This document shows, piece by piece, positions 14,150 through 30,414 of a stretch of DNA of 64,000 nt. Both the position numbers and the translations under genes were made by a program. A model generated the notes under the pieces. That model did not search any database, had not been told where the DNA came from, and saw only the letters and a program-made list of their open reading frames with translations. Origin of the DNA: the human T2T-CHM13v2.0 reference genome, Homo sapiens; NCBI RefSeq assembly GCF_009914755.1, contig NC_060928.1, one strand, 5' to 3'. Positions within the stretch are counted from its first letter, which is position 1. Each line of letters opens with the position of its first letter.

Positions 14150-14720
14150 TAAAAAAAGGTACACAATGGTACCATTATAAAACATATGAAACACTTTCTC
14201 AAAATATGTACTAATGTTAAAAATATGATTAACCTATGATTCAGAAGTTCTGTTTCAGGTTACATATCTTCCTCCAAAACAAAAAAAAAAGTTATTGCTT
14301 ACAAAAATGTTATCAGCAGTCTTCTTCACGATAGTCAAAACCTCAAAACAACTCAAACATCATATGCACACAATGGGATACAACACAACAATGAAAAATA
14401 AGCTATTACTACTAATGACAACATGGATGACTTTCACAGATGTATTGTTGAACAAAAGAAGGCAGACACAAAATACCACATATGAATAAGTCCATTTACA
14501 AAAAGTTCAAAAGCAGAAAAAACAAAGCTATGTCAGAAGTCTAGAGAGTGGTTAAGGGTATGAACTCAGTGGGGAAACAAGCAAGCCCACTGGGGGCTGG
14601 AAACCTATCCTTTGATCTGAGCGGTACTTGCACAGGTCCATGCATACCTAAAAATTCATTGATCTGTACAGTTAAGGTTTGGGTGCTTTTTGCATAAAGT
14701 TATAGTTCAGTAAATGAAAA
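14150..14720 (+). mobile_element. L1ME-type 3' end fragment
   Basis: ACAACATGGATGACTTTCACAG...AAAAGAAGGCAGACACAAAA...AAAATTCATTGATCTGTACA. Confidence 0.7.
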
Positions 14721-17401
14721 TAAGCATAAATCTATGGTAATAATAATAATGATAATATTACAGTTGGTCAATTTGGGGAAAAAACAAAATTTCAACTTAA
14801 TTTCTCATTTTATGAATAGTAAAACTAAGACTCGAAGAAGTTTATTGACTTGCCTAAATGGATACCATAAGCTAGGGAAAAAATTCAGACTAAAAAGTCT
14901 CTTTACTCTCTCTCTTCCTCTGATATGGTTGCCATGTTAGGAGTTTTCTCCGTCATTTTGCACAGTCTATCTAGGCACAGAGGAAATAGCAGTATAGGGA
15001 GCCACATAAGAGCCTGGTTTTTGGTATTGGTTGTAGAGAGAAAGATGGCAAACGTTAAATTTTGTGTCTTACATCACTGAACAAGAGCAACAAAGCACAA
15101 TAGGTCTGCACTTAAATTGCTGAGGTTGTCTATCTGAAAAGCTGATGAATTGCAAACATGTTAAAGAAAAGAAGTATTTCAGAGTGGATAAAAAAGTGGA
15201 AGCCCTGAAATATGTCCTCTGAAATATATGTATGAATTAATTGCTTTTCCGTTGAATTGTTATTCTTGGCTGAATGGGCTTCTGTTTTAACCCCACTTTC
15301 CTTGGATTTGCATCAGTGTTGTTTTAACTGTTCTGCTCTAAAAATCCAGATTTGCCATTTTATAAGAGCAAGCTCCTATTTAAACATAATTAGTGAATGT
15401 GCTAGAAACAGCCTCAAGCAGTAAAAGTCCAACATGTCATAAATGTCTAGCATCAAAGAAATTCTACAAGGTAGTTACTCTGATGTGAGAGCTAATAGGA
15501 AGGAAATTGGCTAACAGAAATAATTTTGGTGACCTCGAAAGACAAGGGAAGAATGTAGAAAAATATTTAGCATAGTTCATTTACTTTCCATTCACATGTA
15601 ACAGAAGGACTGTGAACCCTTAGAAGCTCTAAGATTACTTCGTAGTTAATGTACCACTTCAATAATATATTTCTCCTTTCAAATCATATTTTGTCACTAC
15701 TGTACAATCTGCTTCCCTAAGATAATCAATTAGGTTGGCAATGACAACAAATGTTAAACTTGGAGGATTTTTTTCGTACTGACTTTTTTCTAAAGTCTGA
15801 GAAATCTTAAGTGATATTCACTTAATTTTAAATGTAACAAAAGCATACATGATTCATTAAAAGATCCTTTTTGTTTCCTCACATTGGAATCAAAAGTGTT
15901 TCACAATTTGACTTGCAAAACAAAGGTCAACACAGATTTTATGATTTGGGAGAGATGGTATAGACACCCAAAAAGCCTTTCTGAGCAGAAGGGATAGCTT
16001 GCATTGTGTTGCCTTTTTCCAAGGCTAAATATCCCATTGGAAATACTCCCTCTTGGACCAATTAATCCCTTTCTCAGAGCTGCTCAACTACACACCAATG
16101 CACTTGTCACTTTCCAGTTGCTGTGTATAGGAAAAAGAAAGACAGAATTCTGAATTATGTAGGTCTCTACTACAGGGACTTTTTAACATGTTAGACTTTA
16201 TTATGATATCAAGGAAGGCATCTTGTCAAACACTGGATCTATCATATATATCTATATTATTAAAATTTTGATTAATAGGAACATAGATCTAAAAGCCTCA
16301 ATTAACTAATTTTTTCCAATGTTCCACTTTAAAGACATAAAGGGAATTTTTTAAAGAAAAAAACACTAAAAAGATAATTTCAGGAATTTATTATAAAATT
16401 TTAACTTTCAGCCTCTTTTTAAAAAAATTTAGCTCTTCTATTTACCAGATCCTTTACATATTTAGTATTGTAGAAGATAAAGGGAATTCAAAATCCCTGC
16501 CTTCAAGGTGTTCAGGTCCAACAGGAGAAACAGATGTCTATAAGTTATAGAATTAACTGCAAGAAAGGTTAATCCATTCTACCTGGAAAAGAGGAAGAAA
16601 GTATTAAGAAAGGCTGAAGGAGAGAGCCAGTTTTTCTAATATGCCTGATCTCTTCTATAATTACATTATTTTAAAGTGATGCTGAAACTCTCAATGATGA
16701 TAAATCACCAAAAAGTAAATAATACTCACTTTGAACTAAGGAAGAAAAGTGTATTCAAATACAATTATGTGCAATTAATAAATATCATAGGTATGGAGAT
16801 CAGCATTCATAAAATGAGAAAAGTGATAAACCACAACCTTTAATTTTATATACCTACTAAAGATTTTCTTTCATATAGTCAGTACACTACTTTTTATTTA
16901 TTCCATCCTCACATTGTATAAGCATGACTTGTGGACATGATAATAAAACAACTAACTATCAAATAATAATAAGGTTTTTTTTTTTAAACTACCTTTTTAA
17001 ATGTGTTCTCTGGGGCAGATCTTCCCATGTTACTGAATGAAATTAAAGGTTAATCTGGTATGGTTTTTTTGCTGTCATGTTGTTGTTGTATTTTGGGGTA
17101 ATTGAAAGTTCCTTGGGTAGTAAGTAATATGTAGCACAATGCAGATTCATAATAAAATTAAAAACAGTATTGCAAGTTCTACTGTGAAAGGGATAGGATA
17201 GTCTCTTTTCTATCCCCAATTTTATTTCTTCCTTCTTTATTTTTTTATCAGCCACTTCTGACTCCAAAAGAATAGGGATGGGGCTGAAAATGAGAAAAAT
17301 AGAAAAGAAAAAGAGTTAAGAGAGTAGAAAAATAATGGCTTACCAGCACTGACAGATTATTTTCTCTAGTTTAGGAAATTTTTATTGCTGACATTTCCTT
17401 T

Positions 17402-17880
17402 TTTAAGAGTTAAAGAAAGAAGAAAGAAATGTGAAAAGCAGCTCAACAGTCAAAGACATTTATTTCGGAGAATAAACCTGAGAGGGATTTCTGGCCAATT
17501 TCAGTCAGGCGCCTTCTCTCTTACAGATTAAGGGTATTTAAGGGTTTAGGGAGGGAGAGCTTATCACACACTCAGAATGTTTCTGTGTGTAGGAGAGTTT
17601 GATTGCAGAGTTGGAATGTCTCTGGTCAGAGGGGATGTTATCTCGGGGCTGGCATGTTTCTGGTGGGAGAGGAGGTTATCTCAGGGTTGGCATGTTTCTG
17701 GTCAGGGGTGGTTTATCTCAGGGTTGGAATATTTCTGGTCAGAGGTGTCACTTCTGACTTATGGTCATGCTGACATTAGCCATTAGGCTTATGTTTTGGG
17801 GCTGGATTTAGGAGGTTTTTAATCAAGAGGAACTTAAAATGGCAGTATTTGTCCAAGACGGTGATGCTCCTGCTCTGTCA
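17402..17880 (-). mobile_element. LTR32/LTR47-group solo LTR (ERVL)
   Basis: Reverse complement starts TGACAGAGCAGGAGCATCACCGTCTTGGACAA; internal ~37-bp repeats TTATCTCRGGGYTGG; 5-bp TSD CCTTT. Confidence 0.75.
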
Positions 17881-18289
17881 CCTTTCATGGCTATTTTGAT
17901 TTCCTTGGAAATCCACTTATATGCTGGATCACAGAACATTTTCTCCCTCCATTCCCTTAAAGGAATTGAGGACCTCTCTATCCTGGATGATCCTTTACAT
18001 GATCACTAGCCCTGAAACACCTAGAGGTCCCTCTTACTAATTTATGCTTCACTATGGAAGATAAACATAACTAACAACCAAACAGTCATGATCCTTATTT
18101 GTAGTGTTGAGTTGTTTCCTCAAAGTGGCATCTTAGTAAGGGGCTGTATTTTGAAGAATTTTCCTTGGATCTATGCAAGGATATGGACTGTGAAAAGATC
18201 CAATGTACACCCTTGCAGATCAAACTCGGTTAGACGGTCTAACTTCTCAGTATCAAGAAGAGTAGGGAAGAATTTTAATCACCAAGAGT

Positions 18290-18460
18290 AGTCATACTAC
18301 AGAAGGACCTTGAGCCCCTAAATGACTACAAGGAAGAAAGCCTTCTTCCTACTTGCTTGGACTTTATATGAGCAAGAAATAAAATTATATCTTATTAAGC
18401 CTCTGAATGTGTAGGGACTATGTCTTTACAGCAAGAACCCAGTGTTGCTTTAACTAAAAC
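18290..18460 (+). mobile_element. Old MLT1 LTR 3' fragment
   Basis: GGACTTTATATGAGCAAGAAATAAAATTATATCTTATTAAGCC. Confidence 0.55.
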
Positions 18461-20384
18461 ATTCCTCTGTGAAGCTCTCAAGTACAGCATCTGAATATCC
18501 ATATACCTTGTATATGTTGATCACAAAGTTTGAGCACACAGGTTGCCCACGTCAGTCACTTCTCCTTTGTTCTGCTTTCAAAGCTGCTACCAGTTGTGTT
18601 TTGCTTTTCTTATTTTCCAATGTGTGAGTATGAGATCTCACCTACTATCACTGTGATCTCCAAACTTAGTGATATAAATAATATTTTTCCAGGTGGTCTC
18701 CCAAAACCTCTTTGGTCTCAACCTCTAGTCCCTGTGAGAGGGTCCTAAGAGTCACAAACTCTCTTTTGCAAGTCTTTGGCAGAAGTCTTAAAACTTACTT
18801 CAAAATTGCAGTGCTTATTTCCTATGGGCTTTAAGCAAAACTCAATGCAACTGTTTTTTATATCCACAGAGCACTTTGAAATAGTCCAAGCATTTTCACA
18901 ATTACTTTTTTATCTGATATTACAATATTAGGCACACCTCAAGCCAAAACAAAAAAGCAGCTACTGAAAACAAATTGGGGAAACCATTTACCCAAAGTTT
19001 TTTGAGCCTCTTCTAATCATACTTTCTCAGAATTATTATAAAATGAGGACGGAGAGCTAAATTGTTTAAAAAGAAGAGGTCACAAATCTTTGGTACAATG
19101 AAACTATATTTTCTTATCTCAGAAAATAGTGAGTGTTACAATTAGAATAGTTGTGAGAAATAGAAAAAAACCTAGGAGTAGAAGAGTTTAATATCACATA
19201 ATGCAAGAATATTTAAAAGGTACTTATTACATTTTATAGTATGCTATCGGTATACTCTTCTTTAATTTATACTGTAAAATTTCTTTTTGTTTGGTGTACG
19301 AGGTTAAGGGAACTCTTCTCAATAATTTATGTCCTGTAATTGATTTAAGTAGTGCAGGATGAAGAGAGGTCAACTTTAGGAGAAAAAAATGTGACACAGA
19401 GTGTGAGGAATCCTACCAGGAGAAGATATAGGTCTTCTTAATTGTACTGAAGTTTCATCCTTGAGGCATCATCAACTAACCTGGCAAGTCAAGACCCACA
19501 GCATTAAGTTCAAGGACACACAAGCAATGAATTGCAGAATGCCAGGCTCCTGGTAATCCAGGAAATGGTCTCTTCTAACCCCTGTGCATCCTCTCATTTA
19601 GTTTGGTTTCTAAATGAGGACACAAACACCTGTTCCAGCAGCAGGTGGTATTTGTTTATTATAGCTTTACCTGCTGGGTTTTAATAAGTCTGCAGCTGTA
19701 GGAACCCGCTTAAGTAACAGTTTATAGCACCAGATTTTTACAGAGTGGTATTTTCCATGAAGAAGCAAAGTTTTATATAACACTTTCATCATGCACAAAA
19801 CATCATATAAGCAGCTTTTATTTCTCCATCTCTCTTTCCCTAACATTTAGGACTACTAATTAGTGAATCATTTCACATGCAGAGTTGGAAAGCTAAGCAC
19901 TTATTCCTCTGCCTTGAGGGAGACTCCGTGTTCTGTGCTCTCATTACAAAATCTTCATTTCTTAGAGAAAGAGCAACGAAACTCTCTCGGCTTGTGCTAC
20001 TTCTCTTTTGTATGCCTCAGAAGGATTGTTAAGGCGACTTCCATCTTAGAAGGGAAGACAAAAATAAGATCAAAACAATCAATAGGATAAAAGAGAGCAC
20101 TCCATGTAGATGAGAATGAATCTCTGTACTCAAACTACATAACAACTCTTTAATAAACTCACACTGAGAATTTGAGAATGACTTAAATACCATGAGGTAA
20201 GAAAAAAGTGTTGAAAGAAGTGAATTATCTTCTTGATAATACTGAGAATTTATTTAAATGTAGTTCTTCCTTTAATTCTTAAAGAAAGCACATGTGCTTT
20301 TTTACTGGTTTTAGAAGATCGTTCAATTAAATCTGTGTAACATTTATAAAATTGATGAATAAAACAATAAAATATATTAGTCAT

Positions 20385-20885
20385 TCTGAACTGCTTCAGG
20401 ACAGTGACCCTTTTACTCATTTTAATCTCCAGTGCTTAGCTGAGATGTTACCTAAAGTAGAACTCTAAAATATTTGAGAAATGAGTGGATGAGTGAGTGA
20501 TGCTGCTCTCAAATATCCACAGGACTCTATCTCTCTTGATTGAATTAAGTCTTTGCTCAGATGTCATTTGTCTATAGAGGCCTTTCTCACATGCAGTAAT
20601 TATTATCCAAATCATTATTTTACTTTATTTTTCTCTGTACTCCTTATCCCAACTGGACATTTTATGTATTTGTTCATTTGTTTATTGTTTATTATTTATC
20701 TCCACCTATTTATCATCAACTTTATCAGGGCAGGGATTTAATAATTGTTTTTACTAGTTAACCACTAAGTCTAGAGGATTTAATGTGTCAAGGACATTGT
20801 ATGTGATCACTAACTATATGTTGAATATAAAAATGAATGAATAAGTTAATGATTGAGTGAATAAATAAGTGAATGAGTGAGTGAA
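20385..20885 (+). mobile_element. L2 3' end fragments
   Basis: GCTCAGATGTCA...AGAGGCCTTTC...AGGGCAGGGA...(TGAA)n tail. Confidence 0.7.
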
Positions 20886-20924
20886 CAGTCTTAATTCTGA
20901 AAATGTTATCAGAAGCTCTTCTGT

Positions 20925-21554
20925 TGTTGGGGCTCAGAAACTAATACTCCAAAATATGGTGTTTTGGCATGCTGAGAGCCCTGAATTAAAAAAAAAAAAT
21001 TGAAAGGCCTCAGAAATAAACTTCAGAACCAAGGTCTCTCTCTGACCTTTCCCCACCCTCTGTCTCTCTGATCATCTTACTTTTCTGAAACATGGGAAGG
21101 AACTCTCTCTGAAATTCATTTATCTGACTGAGAAGCTTCTTTATAAGACAAATGAAACTGTCTTAAGACCCATTTCTAGGAATCTCATCACATAACCAGG
21201 AAAGATTAGCCATCAGAAAAAAAGAAAAGCCTGGGAGCCATCGTCCTGCCCAGGTGGACTTTTCATCTATTCTTCTGAGGACAGCTCTGAGAGAGACTTA
21301 CCTGGAAGACTTTATCTACAGAAGTCAACCTTTGTTTACAATCAAGTTCTGCCCTCACCTTCCCGCCACCTCCCCCAGAGCATAGAAGAATATTGTCCCA
21401 CACCATTGTTCTTTGGGCTCATTCATTTTCCCTGAAAATTGTTTACTTCTATGCCCCTTGCCTTTCTTCCCCCTTGAGGAAGGGTTTATAAGCACTGGGG
21501 CTTCATTGTATAAGTGGGTGATCATTCTCCTGCAATTCCTCCATGCTTATGCAT
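20925..21554 (+). mobile_element. MER39-like LTR (ERV1), 3'-truncated at a fold-back
   Basis: TGTTGGGGCTCAGAAAC...CCAAAATATGG...GGCATGCTGAG...AAGGTCTCTCTCTGACCTT. Confidence 0.75.
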
Positions 21555-21799
21555 ACAAATTTATTTAGCATGCATAAGCATGAGGGAATAACAAAAGTGA
21601 AACAGAAGCAAAATTTTCAGAAAGCAAATCACCATACTTTTTAGCATTGCTTGTAAACAACAGAGAAGAGATAACTGTAGGTTTAACTCTGTAGAGTTAG
21701 AAGACTTGTGCTGAACGAAGCTTCCACCTAGAGATTCAGAAAACTAATTTTGCATTAAAATCCATAAAAAGCTAATTTTGCAACATAAAATAGTCAAGA

Positions 21800-23800
<2,001 letters not shown>

Positions 23801-24072
23801 ACAAAACAAAAGTCTAGTCCTCTCAAATTAATTGAAAATTACACACGAGACTGGATAATTCTCATTTTTCTCAGGAAAAAATGTCACCATCCACCTATTT
23901 GTTCAAATAAAATGTCTAGGATTATCCTACATTTCCTTCTTTCCTTTTCTTTCTTGTCTTACATCTGATCCATTAGCCAGCTCCATGAGGGCAAAGACAT
24001 GTCTGTCTTGTCACTGATATATCCCTATGGTATACGTTGACTATTGCAGACCAGGTTTTGGGGAAAAAATAA

Positions 24073-24084
<12 letters not shown>

Positions 24085-24126
<42 letters not shown>
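24085..24126. repeat. (TA)n microsatellite
   Basis: Direct reading. Confidence 0.95.
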
Positions 24127-24129
<3 letters not shown>

Positions 24130-24199
24130 AATGAGTAAATAGGTAAAAATACATTGGTCAGTCAAGTAATAAATTTCTTCCAAAAGTAATTATTTCCAG

Positions 24200-24415
24200 A
24201 GTAGCATTATAGATTTGTAGTTAACAGCTGAGGTTCCACTGAGTTCAAATATACCCTTTACTACTTATAAATTCCTTGATCAAACTCTTTGTGTATTATT
24301 CTTTCCATTTACAAAATGGCTATAATAAGGCCACTTAACTCATGTGTAGTTTGAAAACTTAAATGAGTTAGTATGTGTAAAGTACTTAGAATGGTGTTTT
24401 GGCACATAGTGCAAA
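24200..24415 (+). mobile_element. MIR
   Basis: GAGTTCAAAT...TAAATGAGTTAGTATGTGTAAAGTACTTAGAATGGTG...GGCACATAGT. Confidence 0.65.
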
Positions 24416-24849
24416 CTAAATTCAACTTAAAAACACACTATCTATACTCACATTACAGACAAAATTCCACTTATTAACATGATTTTAGTTAAAGTATTTT
24501 TGAATTCATAATCCTGTTATGAATGTGCTGGTTTTTATTTAAGTGTCCCTTGTTTCTGCTTCCTTTAGTACAGTTTCACATTATTTAAGGATGCTTTCTT
24601 TTTTTCTGAGCAAAACCAGGATCAATGGTGCAATATGCTGAGTACATTCTGACTTCTTCATCTTCCTCTTGATATTGAGAGTGCACGGTTATTCTGATTC
24701 CTTTATCCATGAAAGAAAGGGGAAGTGTCTCATGTCTGGATTAGGGAGATGACAATAGTATAAATAGGAAAAAATGAGAGTTTAGTGAAATAAGAAATAT
24801 CATGTGGTTGAGAATCCACATGGTTACAGAGAGAAAGAAGAACCATGTG

Positions 24850-24896
24850 AAGGGAGGGAGGAAAGGGGAGAGAAACAGAGGGAGGGGGAGAGAGAG

Positions 24897-24939
<43 letters not shown>
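24850..24939. repeat. (GA)n / purine-rich tract
   Basis: Direct reading. Confidence 0.9.
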
Positions 24940-24943
<4 letters not shown>

Positions 24944-25669
24944 AAAAACCAGGACTCTAGGAATAATAATGCTATTCACTGACATAGGTAAACAGATGAG
25001 ACAGGAAAAAAATTTACTTAGGACTTAACTGGAGATTTTCTTGAATCCTTTGTCACAATGCTGTCTGAATTTAGGATTATCAACCATACTCTTGGGGATG
25101 ATGTAAATAAAGAGTAGTAGAATTCCTGAGTGCAGGTAACATTTGAGATACATGGAATAAAAAAGAAAAAAAGGGAGAAGGCTTCAGAGAAAATAGCTTC
25201 AGAGAGTGGAAGACAGGTTGGAATAACAGGAAAAGAGCCACAAGAAAACATCTTCAGGGGAATAAGGAGTATTATTCCTTATTATTTGACAAAAAGAAGG
25301 AGGGATATAAAAAGTCAGCTGCCACTGGGAAGCAGTGCTAGAAATGGGTGCAAGGAGGGAACACAATAGGTCATTTGTAAGATTTGGTGACAAACCAGCA
25401 AGTCCTATTGGAAGAGCTGTGGCCATGGAAAAGACCTTGTAAGAACATGAGAGGTAGAAAGAGAAAAAAAGTCGGAGAAATTCGTGGGTACAACTCTTTC
25501 CCAAATTATAACAGCAAATTTTTAAGCTTGATGGGAATACAGTTTTTCTGTAGACAGGACTTATTTGGACTGGGATTGAGGATACAGGGAGATATTAAAA
25601 ATCCAGAAATGAAAGATAATATTTGAATGCAGATCCTAGGATTTGAATAGAGGCTAGTCAGATTGAAGA

Positions 25670-25850
25670 AGCATTGTGGTATCTTAAAAAGGTCACTGGA
25701 ATAGGATCCCAGAGACTAGATTCCCCTCTCAGCTCTGGTGCTAATCACCAGTGTGGACATAGTTCACTTCATCCTCTAAGCCTCAGTTTCTTTCTTCTAA
25801 AACGAATGTCTTGAACTAAATGATGGCTAATTAAGGTTTCTTTCAGCAAT
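25670..25850 (+). mobile_element. MIR fragment
   Basis: CACTTCATCCTCTAAGCCTCAGTTTCTTTCTTCTAAAA core. Confidence 0.6.
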
Positions 25851-26222
25851 AGACGTGAGACATTGGTTGCGTGTTTGAAACAGTAGTTACAGAAGAAAGG
25901 AGGTGATTACAAACAGAAGTCGAAGAGAAGACAACGTGAGGGTTTAAAAATGCTTGGCTTAGTCAATTTACTGAGCTTTTATATTTTGTAAGAGTACAGC
26001 TATTATTGTATTTTGGAGTTCAGCAAAGCAAACCAAAACACATATATTCCATTTTCACCTAAATTACTGAATGGAAACAAATCTTTAAAGATGGGTATTT
26101 AGGTTAATTATTAGTTCATAGCAAGTTGACGATATTAGTGCTCAGCATATATACATTTCAGAATTTTTTTAAACAACTTTGGAAATTCTCAAGAATTATG
26201 CTAACCTCCCTCTTTTTCAAAT

Positions 26223-26445
26223 GAGGGTTCGCAAACTTTATTTATTTATTTATTTATGTAAAGGGCTAAAGACTCTAGGCTTGGAGTCTTTACAGTCTCA
26301 TTGCAATTGCACAAATCTGCCTTGGAAGCAAGAACAAAGCAGTAGAAAATATGTAAATAAGAAAGCATGGATTCCAATTAACTTTTACTTACAAAAACAG
26401 TCATAGGCTGGATTTGGCCTACAGACTGGAGCTTGCCAGTCTCTA
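26223..26445. mobile_element. MER58A-like hAT-Charlie MITE
   Basis: GGTTCGCAAACTT...GTAAAGGGC...ACTTTTACTTACAAAAACAG...GGCTGGATTTGGCC...TTGCCAGTCTCT. Confidence 0.7.
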
Positions 26446-28699
26446 GTCTATACTGCTGGCATATGTTAATTAAGAATTAAGTATGCTATTTTATTTTGGT
26501 TCATTTCAGATCTCTCTTGAGATCACATATATTTGATATGATAATATATAGTAAAGAAAAAAACCTAAAATATATCAATTATTTCATATTTACTCTCATA
26601 TTTAAACCTCATAGCACTTTTCTGAAATAGAGACTATTTTTATTTACATCTGAAAAATTACAGTGCAGGGAGATTAAATAACAAGCAAGTTCACATAACC
26701 AAGTGTCAGAGTCTGGATTTGAAAATGAAACAATCTTTCCAATATATCATACTTCTTTCCATGAACAAACCCCTCTGGTGCTCATTTTTTTTTTTTTTTT
26801 GGTGTATTCTGAAGAATGAGTCAAGCATTGGATGTATGCTTCTCTGAAATTAAGTTTTCTAACGAAGAGTTCCCCTAATTATACTACCAGGATGTTGGTG
26901 TTGAGTCTTTGAAAGGGAAAACTGTTTTATCTTCCAATTAGGAATGCTTGAAGTGATTAATGCTAATTAGTCTAGGATCTCGCACAATAGGTATTATTTT
27001 ATAGGTAATATAGAAACTGAGAGTCTGGTACAAGACTGGCATCTGCTACTGACAGATGAAATTGGAGCTCCGTAGTTCCGTGTGAGATAATAATTCAGAT
27101 TCTTGAATTTATTTTAACATTCTGTTGGTTTGGGCTGTTTCTGCTTGCTTTCTTTGTTTTTGCCACTATTCCTTTCTTAGAGACAGAGTAAAGCAAATTT
27201 CTTTGTTCTTCCCTCATTATATAACAGAAAGGAAAATAAATAAACCATAGAATTCATACTATTTTAGACTTTTGTCTTTTGGTTTTATACCCAAGTAAGG
27301 ATAGCGCAAGGTACAAAAGAAAAGGTTCTTATTATTCTTTTATTACTTAACAAAATGAAGCATTATAACCCATGTTGTCAAAGATGTGGCCATTTTTAGG
27401 CATCTTTCTTTTCTCACTGTTGTGCTTCTCCTGGGAGAACAAAGTCATTACATAGTTCACTGCATAGTTTTTCTGTCCAAGCAAAGGAAGATTATTAAGG
27501 ACTTATCTGACCAGGGACTCTCTCATTTGGGCCATCTGTCTTTTTGTGCTTTCTTGAGGGAATGCAACGAGAGAACTTTTTTCCCTTTTTTTTCCTCTCA
27601 TTTAGTGTCTTATGAGATTGTATGTGAAGCCATATTTTAAGAATCTGAACAAGCAGAAACACTGCCACTTTGAACACTTTTTATTTTCCTTTGTGCTTGC
27701 CATTTCTATTGGAGAAATCACACATTTTTTTCTCTAATAATATTAAGAGAAAGGCTATTTTAAGATTGCTGGTCTCAAGGCCAATTTTGCTCTCTCATTT
27801 TTGTTCTTACTTCAAGCATGTGCTATTACATTTGATTTATACAGAAACCTAACCTGCCAGGTGGATACTCAGAGAAAATTAAATGGTATTTACCCACCCC
27901 CAAACAGTCAATTGCATCTCTGCAGAGGTGAAATATTTTGCCTCCTTGATAATCAACAGGAAGAAAAAAGGGAGTAGAGCTGGGAAGGGAGGTCCTAACC
28001 AACTGAAGAAAAATCTTACGTTTTCCATAGTATATCTAAGATTGTTTAAAGTTTCCTCTACTGATTATAGCTTACAGAGGTAAAAGGACAAACATTTGTA
28101 AACTATTATTTAAATAAAAAATAAAAAAAGATTGGCTAAATATTTTTGTATAGTATCAATGTTTATTATAGGTAATAAAACAATACTTAATAATTTATTT
28201 ACATATGGAAATTAACACTGATATTGGAGAAACAAGTGTCAGGCTATAAAACTAATTTAATGCTATTTATTCAATTTAAAATCTCTGTACACCACTGCAC
28301 CATTGAATCCCAGCACAATGACAATGAATGCTCATTATGATGATGCTGAAACTTAATTATTTTTAAAACTGCTTGGAACAGGATTCATTGTCTCACCTAC
28401 TCATTCAGTAAAAAGTGCTAGCCATCTACTATGAGCCAAGTCCTATTCTAGTCCCTGTGGAGGTAGAAGAGCAAAAGACAGGTTTCTGCAATCGTAATGT
28501 TTTTACTTTTCACGAGAACATACCATTTTGTAATATCACAAGAAGATTACTCTCACTGGTGTAGTCAACAGATATTTATTGAGCTACACATGAAACTCTA
28601 AACAATTAAGATGCAATGGGATGGTAGAACAGAAATCTAGTTTCTAAAAAATATTAAAAAATACAAATAAATGGACATTTGGAATTCAAAGCTGCTACT

Positions 28700-29230
28700 C
28701 CCCTTAATAATTTAGCATATAATTATTGAGTAACCACAATGTGCTAGTCCTGTGGTAGGTTTTTGGACTATTGTACAAACAAGACAGATATGATTTCTGT
28801 CTCAGGGAGATAGATTATAGGACCATAGCATGACAGAAATAAATTCAAGTTTCTATGGGAACTCAATGGAACCTTCTTTGGGAGTTAACGAAGTCTCCTT
28901 AGTAAAAATGACATCATAGTTATGAGTTAAAAATGAGAGACATCAGTCAGGCTAAAAGAGGAATTGAGACTATTGGGCGTGTTTCAAGGTGATGCCTTAG
29001 CACAGCAAAACCCTGTAGGAAAGAAAGAGCATGGATGCATTTCTGAGCCTACAGAGAAACATTTGGCATAGTTGGGCCTTAGATTATAAAATGTGGTCTG
29101 AAGTAATAGGAGTAGAAAGATAAGCAGAGGTCTTGAAGTTTGTAAAAGTTCTTATAAGCCTATGTTATGCTGTTGGAGCTTTTTATTGAGACTATGAGAA
29201 AAACACAAGTATACTAATCAGATCATGAAA
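28700..29230 (-). mobile_element. L2 fragment
   Basis: TATTGAGTAACCACAATGTGCTAG... antisense L2 3' region. Confidence 0.55.
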
Positions 29231-29468
29231 TGACATAGTAATATGTCATTGGGTGACTTGAGTGACAACCAATTCACACCAGGCTTTTTCTTTAATAACT
29301 ACCAAATACATTGAGTTGGGTCATTAGTGGCTACTTCTAAGCTCCATTAATACTGCTCATTTGACCACAGTTCATGTATTCACCTGACCCCAGCTAGATC
29401 TCTTGAATCTAGCAATAGAGTGGACATTAGTCATGTTATTGGCATCAAAATAGGGACAAGGTCTATAA

Positions 29469-29886
<418 letters not shown>

Positions 29887-29919
29887 TCAATGCCCTTTTG
29901 AATAAGTTAGTTATCATCA

Positions 29920-30225
29920 GTTTCAATGTTGAAATATTACCTCTTCCAAGAAGTCTTCTCTGATTTTCTTTTGGCTCATCTTACTCCTTCTTTGTGGTTA
30001 CATTAAATCCCAGTCTTATCAATACTATAACACTCATCAAGTAGTTTTGTAAATAATTTTAATTCAACTTTTTTATTACTAACCTACACTGTCCAAGCTA
30101 TAACCTTAACTTTCTTGTTGCCACGTACTTCTTCTAATTTATCTGTATATTCTTAGTACCTAGGAAAGAATCTGTCGTGTAGTAGGAGCTCATAAAATGT
30201 TTGGCAAAAGATTGTGTGAATGACA
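29920..30225 (+). mobile_element. L2 3' fragment
   Basis: AAATATTACCTCTTCCAAGAAGTCTTCTCTGA...GTAGTAGGAGCTCATAAAATGTTTG. Confidence 0.6.
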
Positions 30226-30414
30226 ATTAATTTGCAAAAAAGCAAGACTCAGTCAGAAAACAGTTTAGGTTGAATCAGCAAGAACGTATAAGTCCCTTTT
30301 CTAATGGACTATACTCTGGAGGCAGAAAAGAAACTGAGTCTCAGTTACAATCTTGGAGGCCCTTACTCTTGCAATAAGACATGAGCAAATGGAATAATTC
30401 AAATTTACTTAAGG

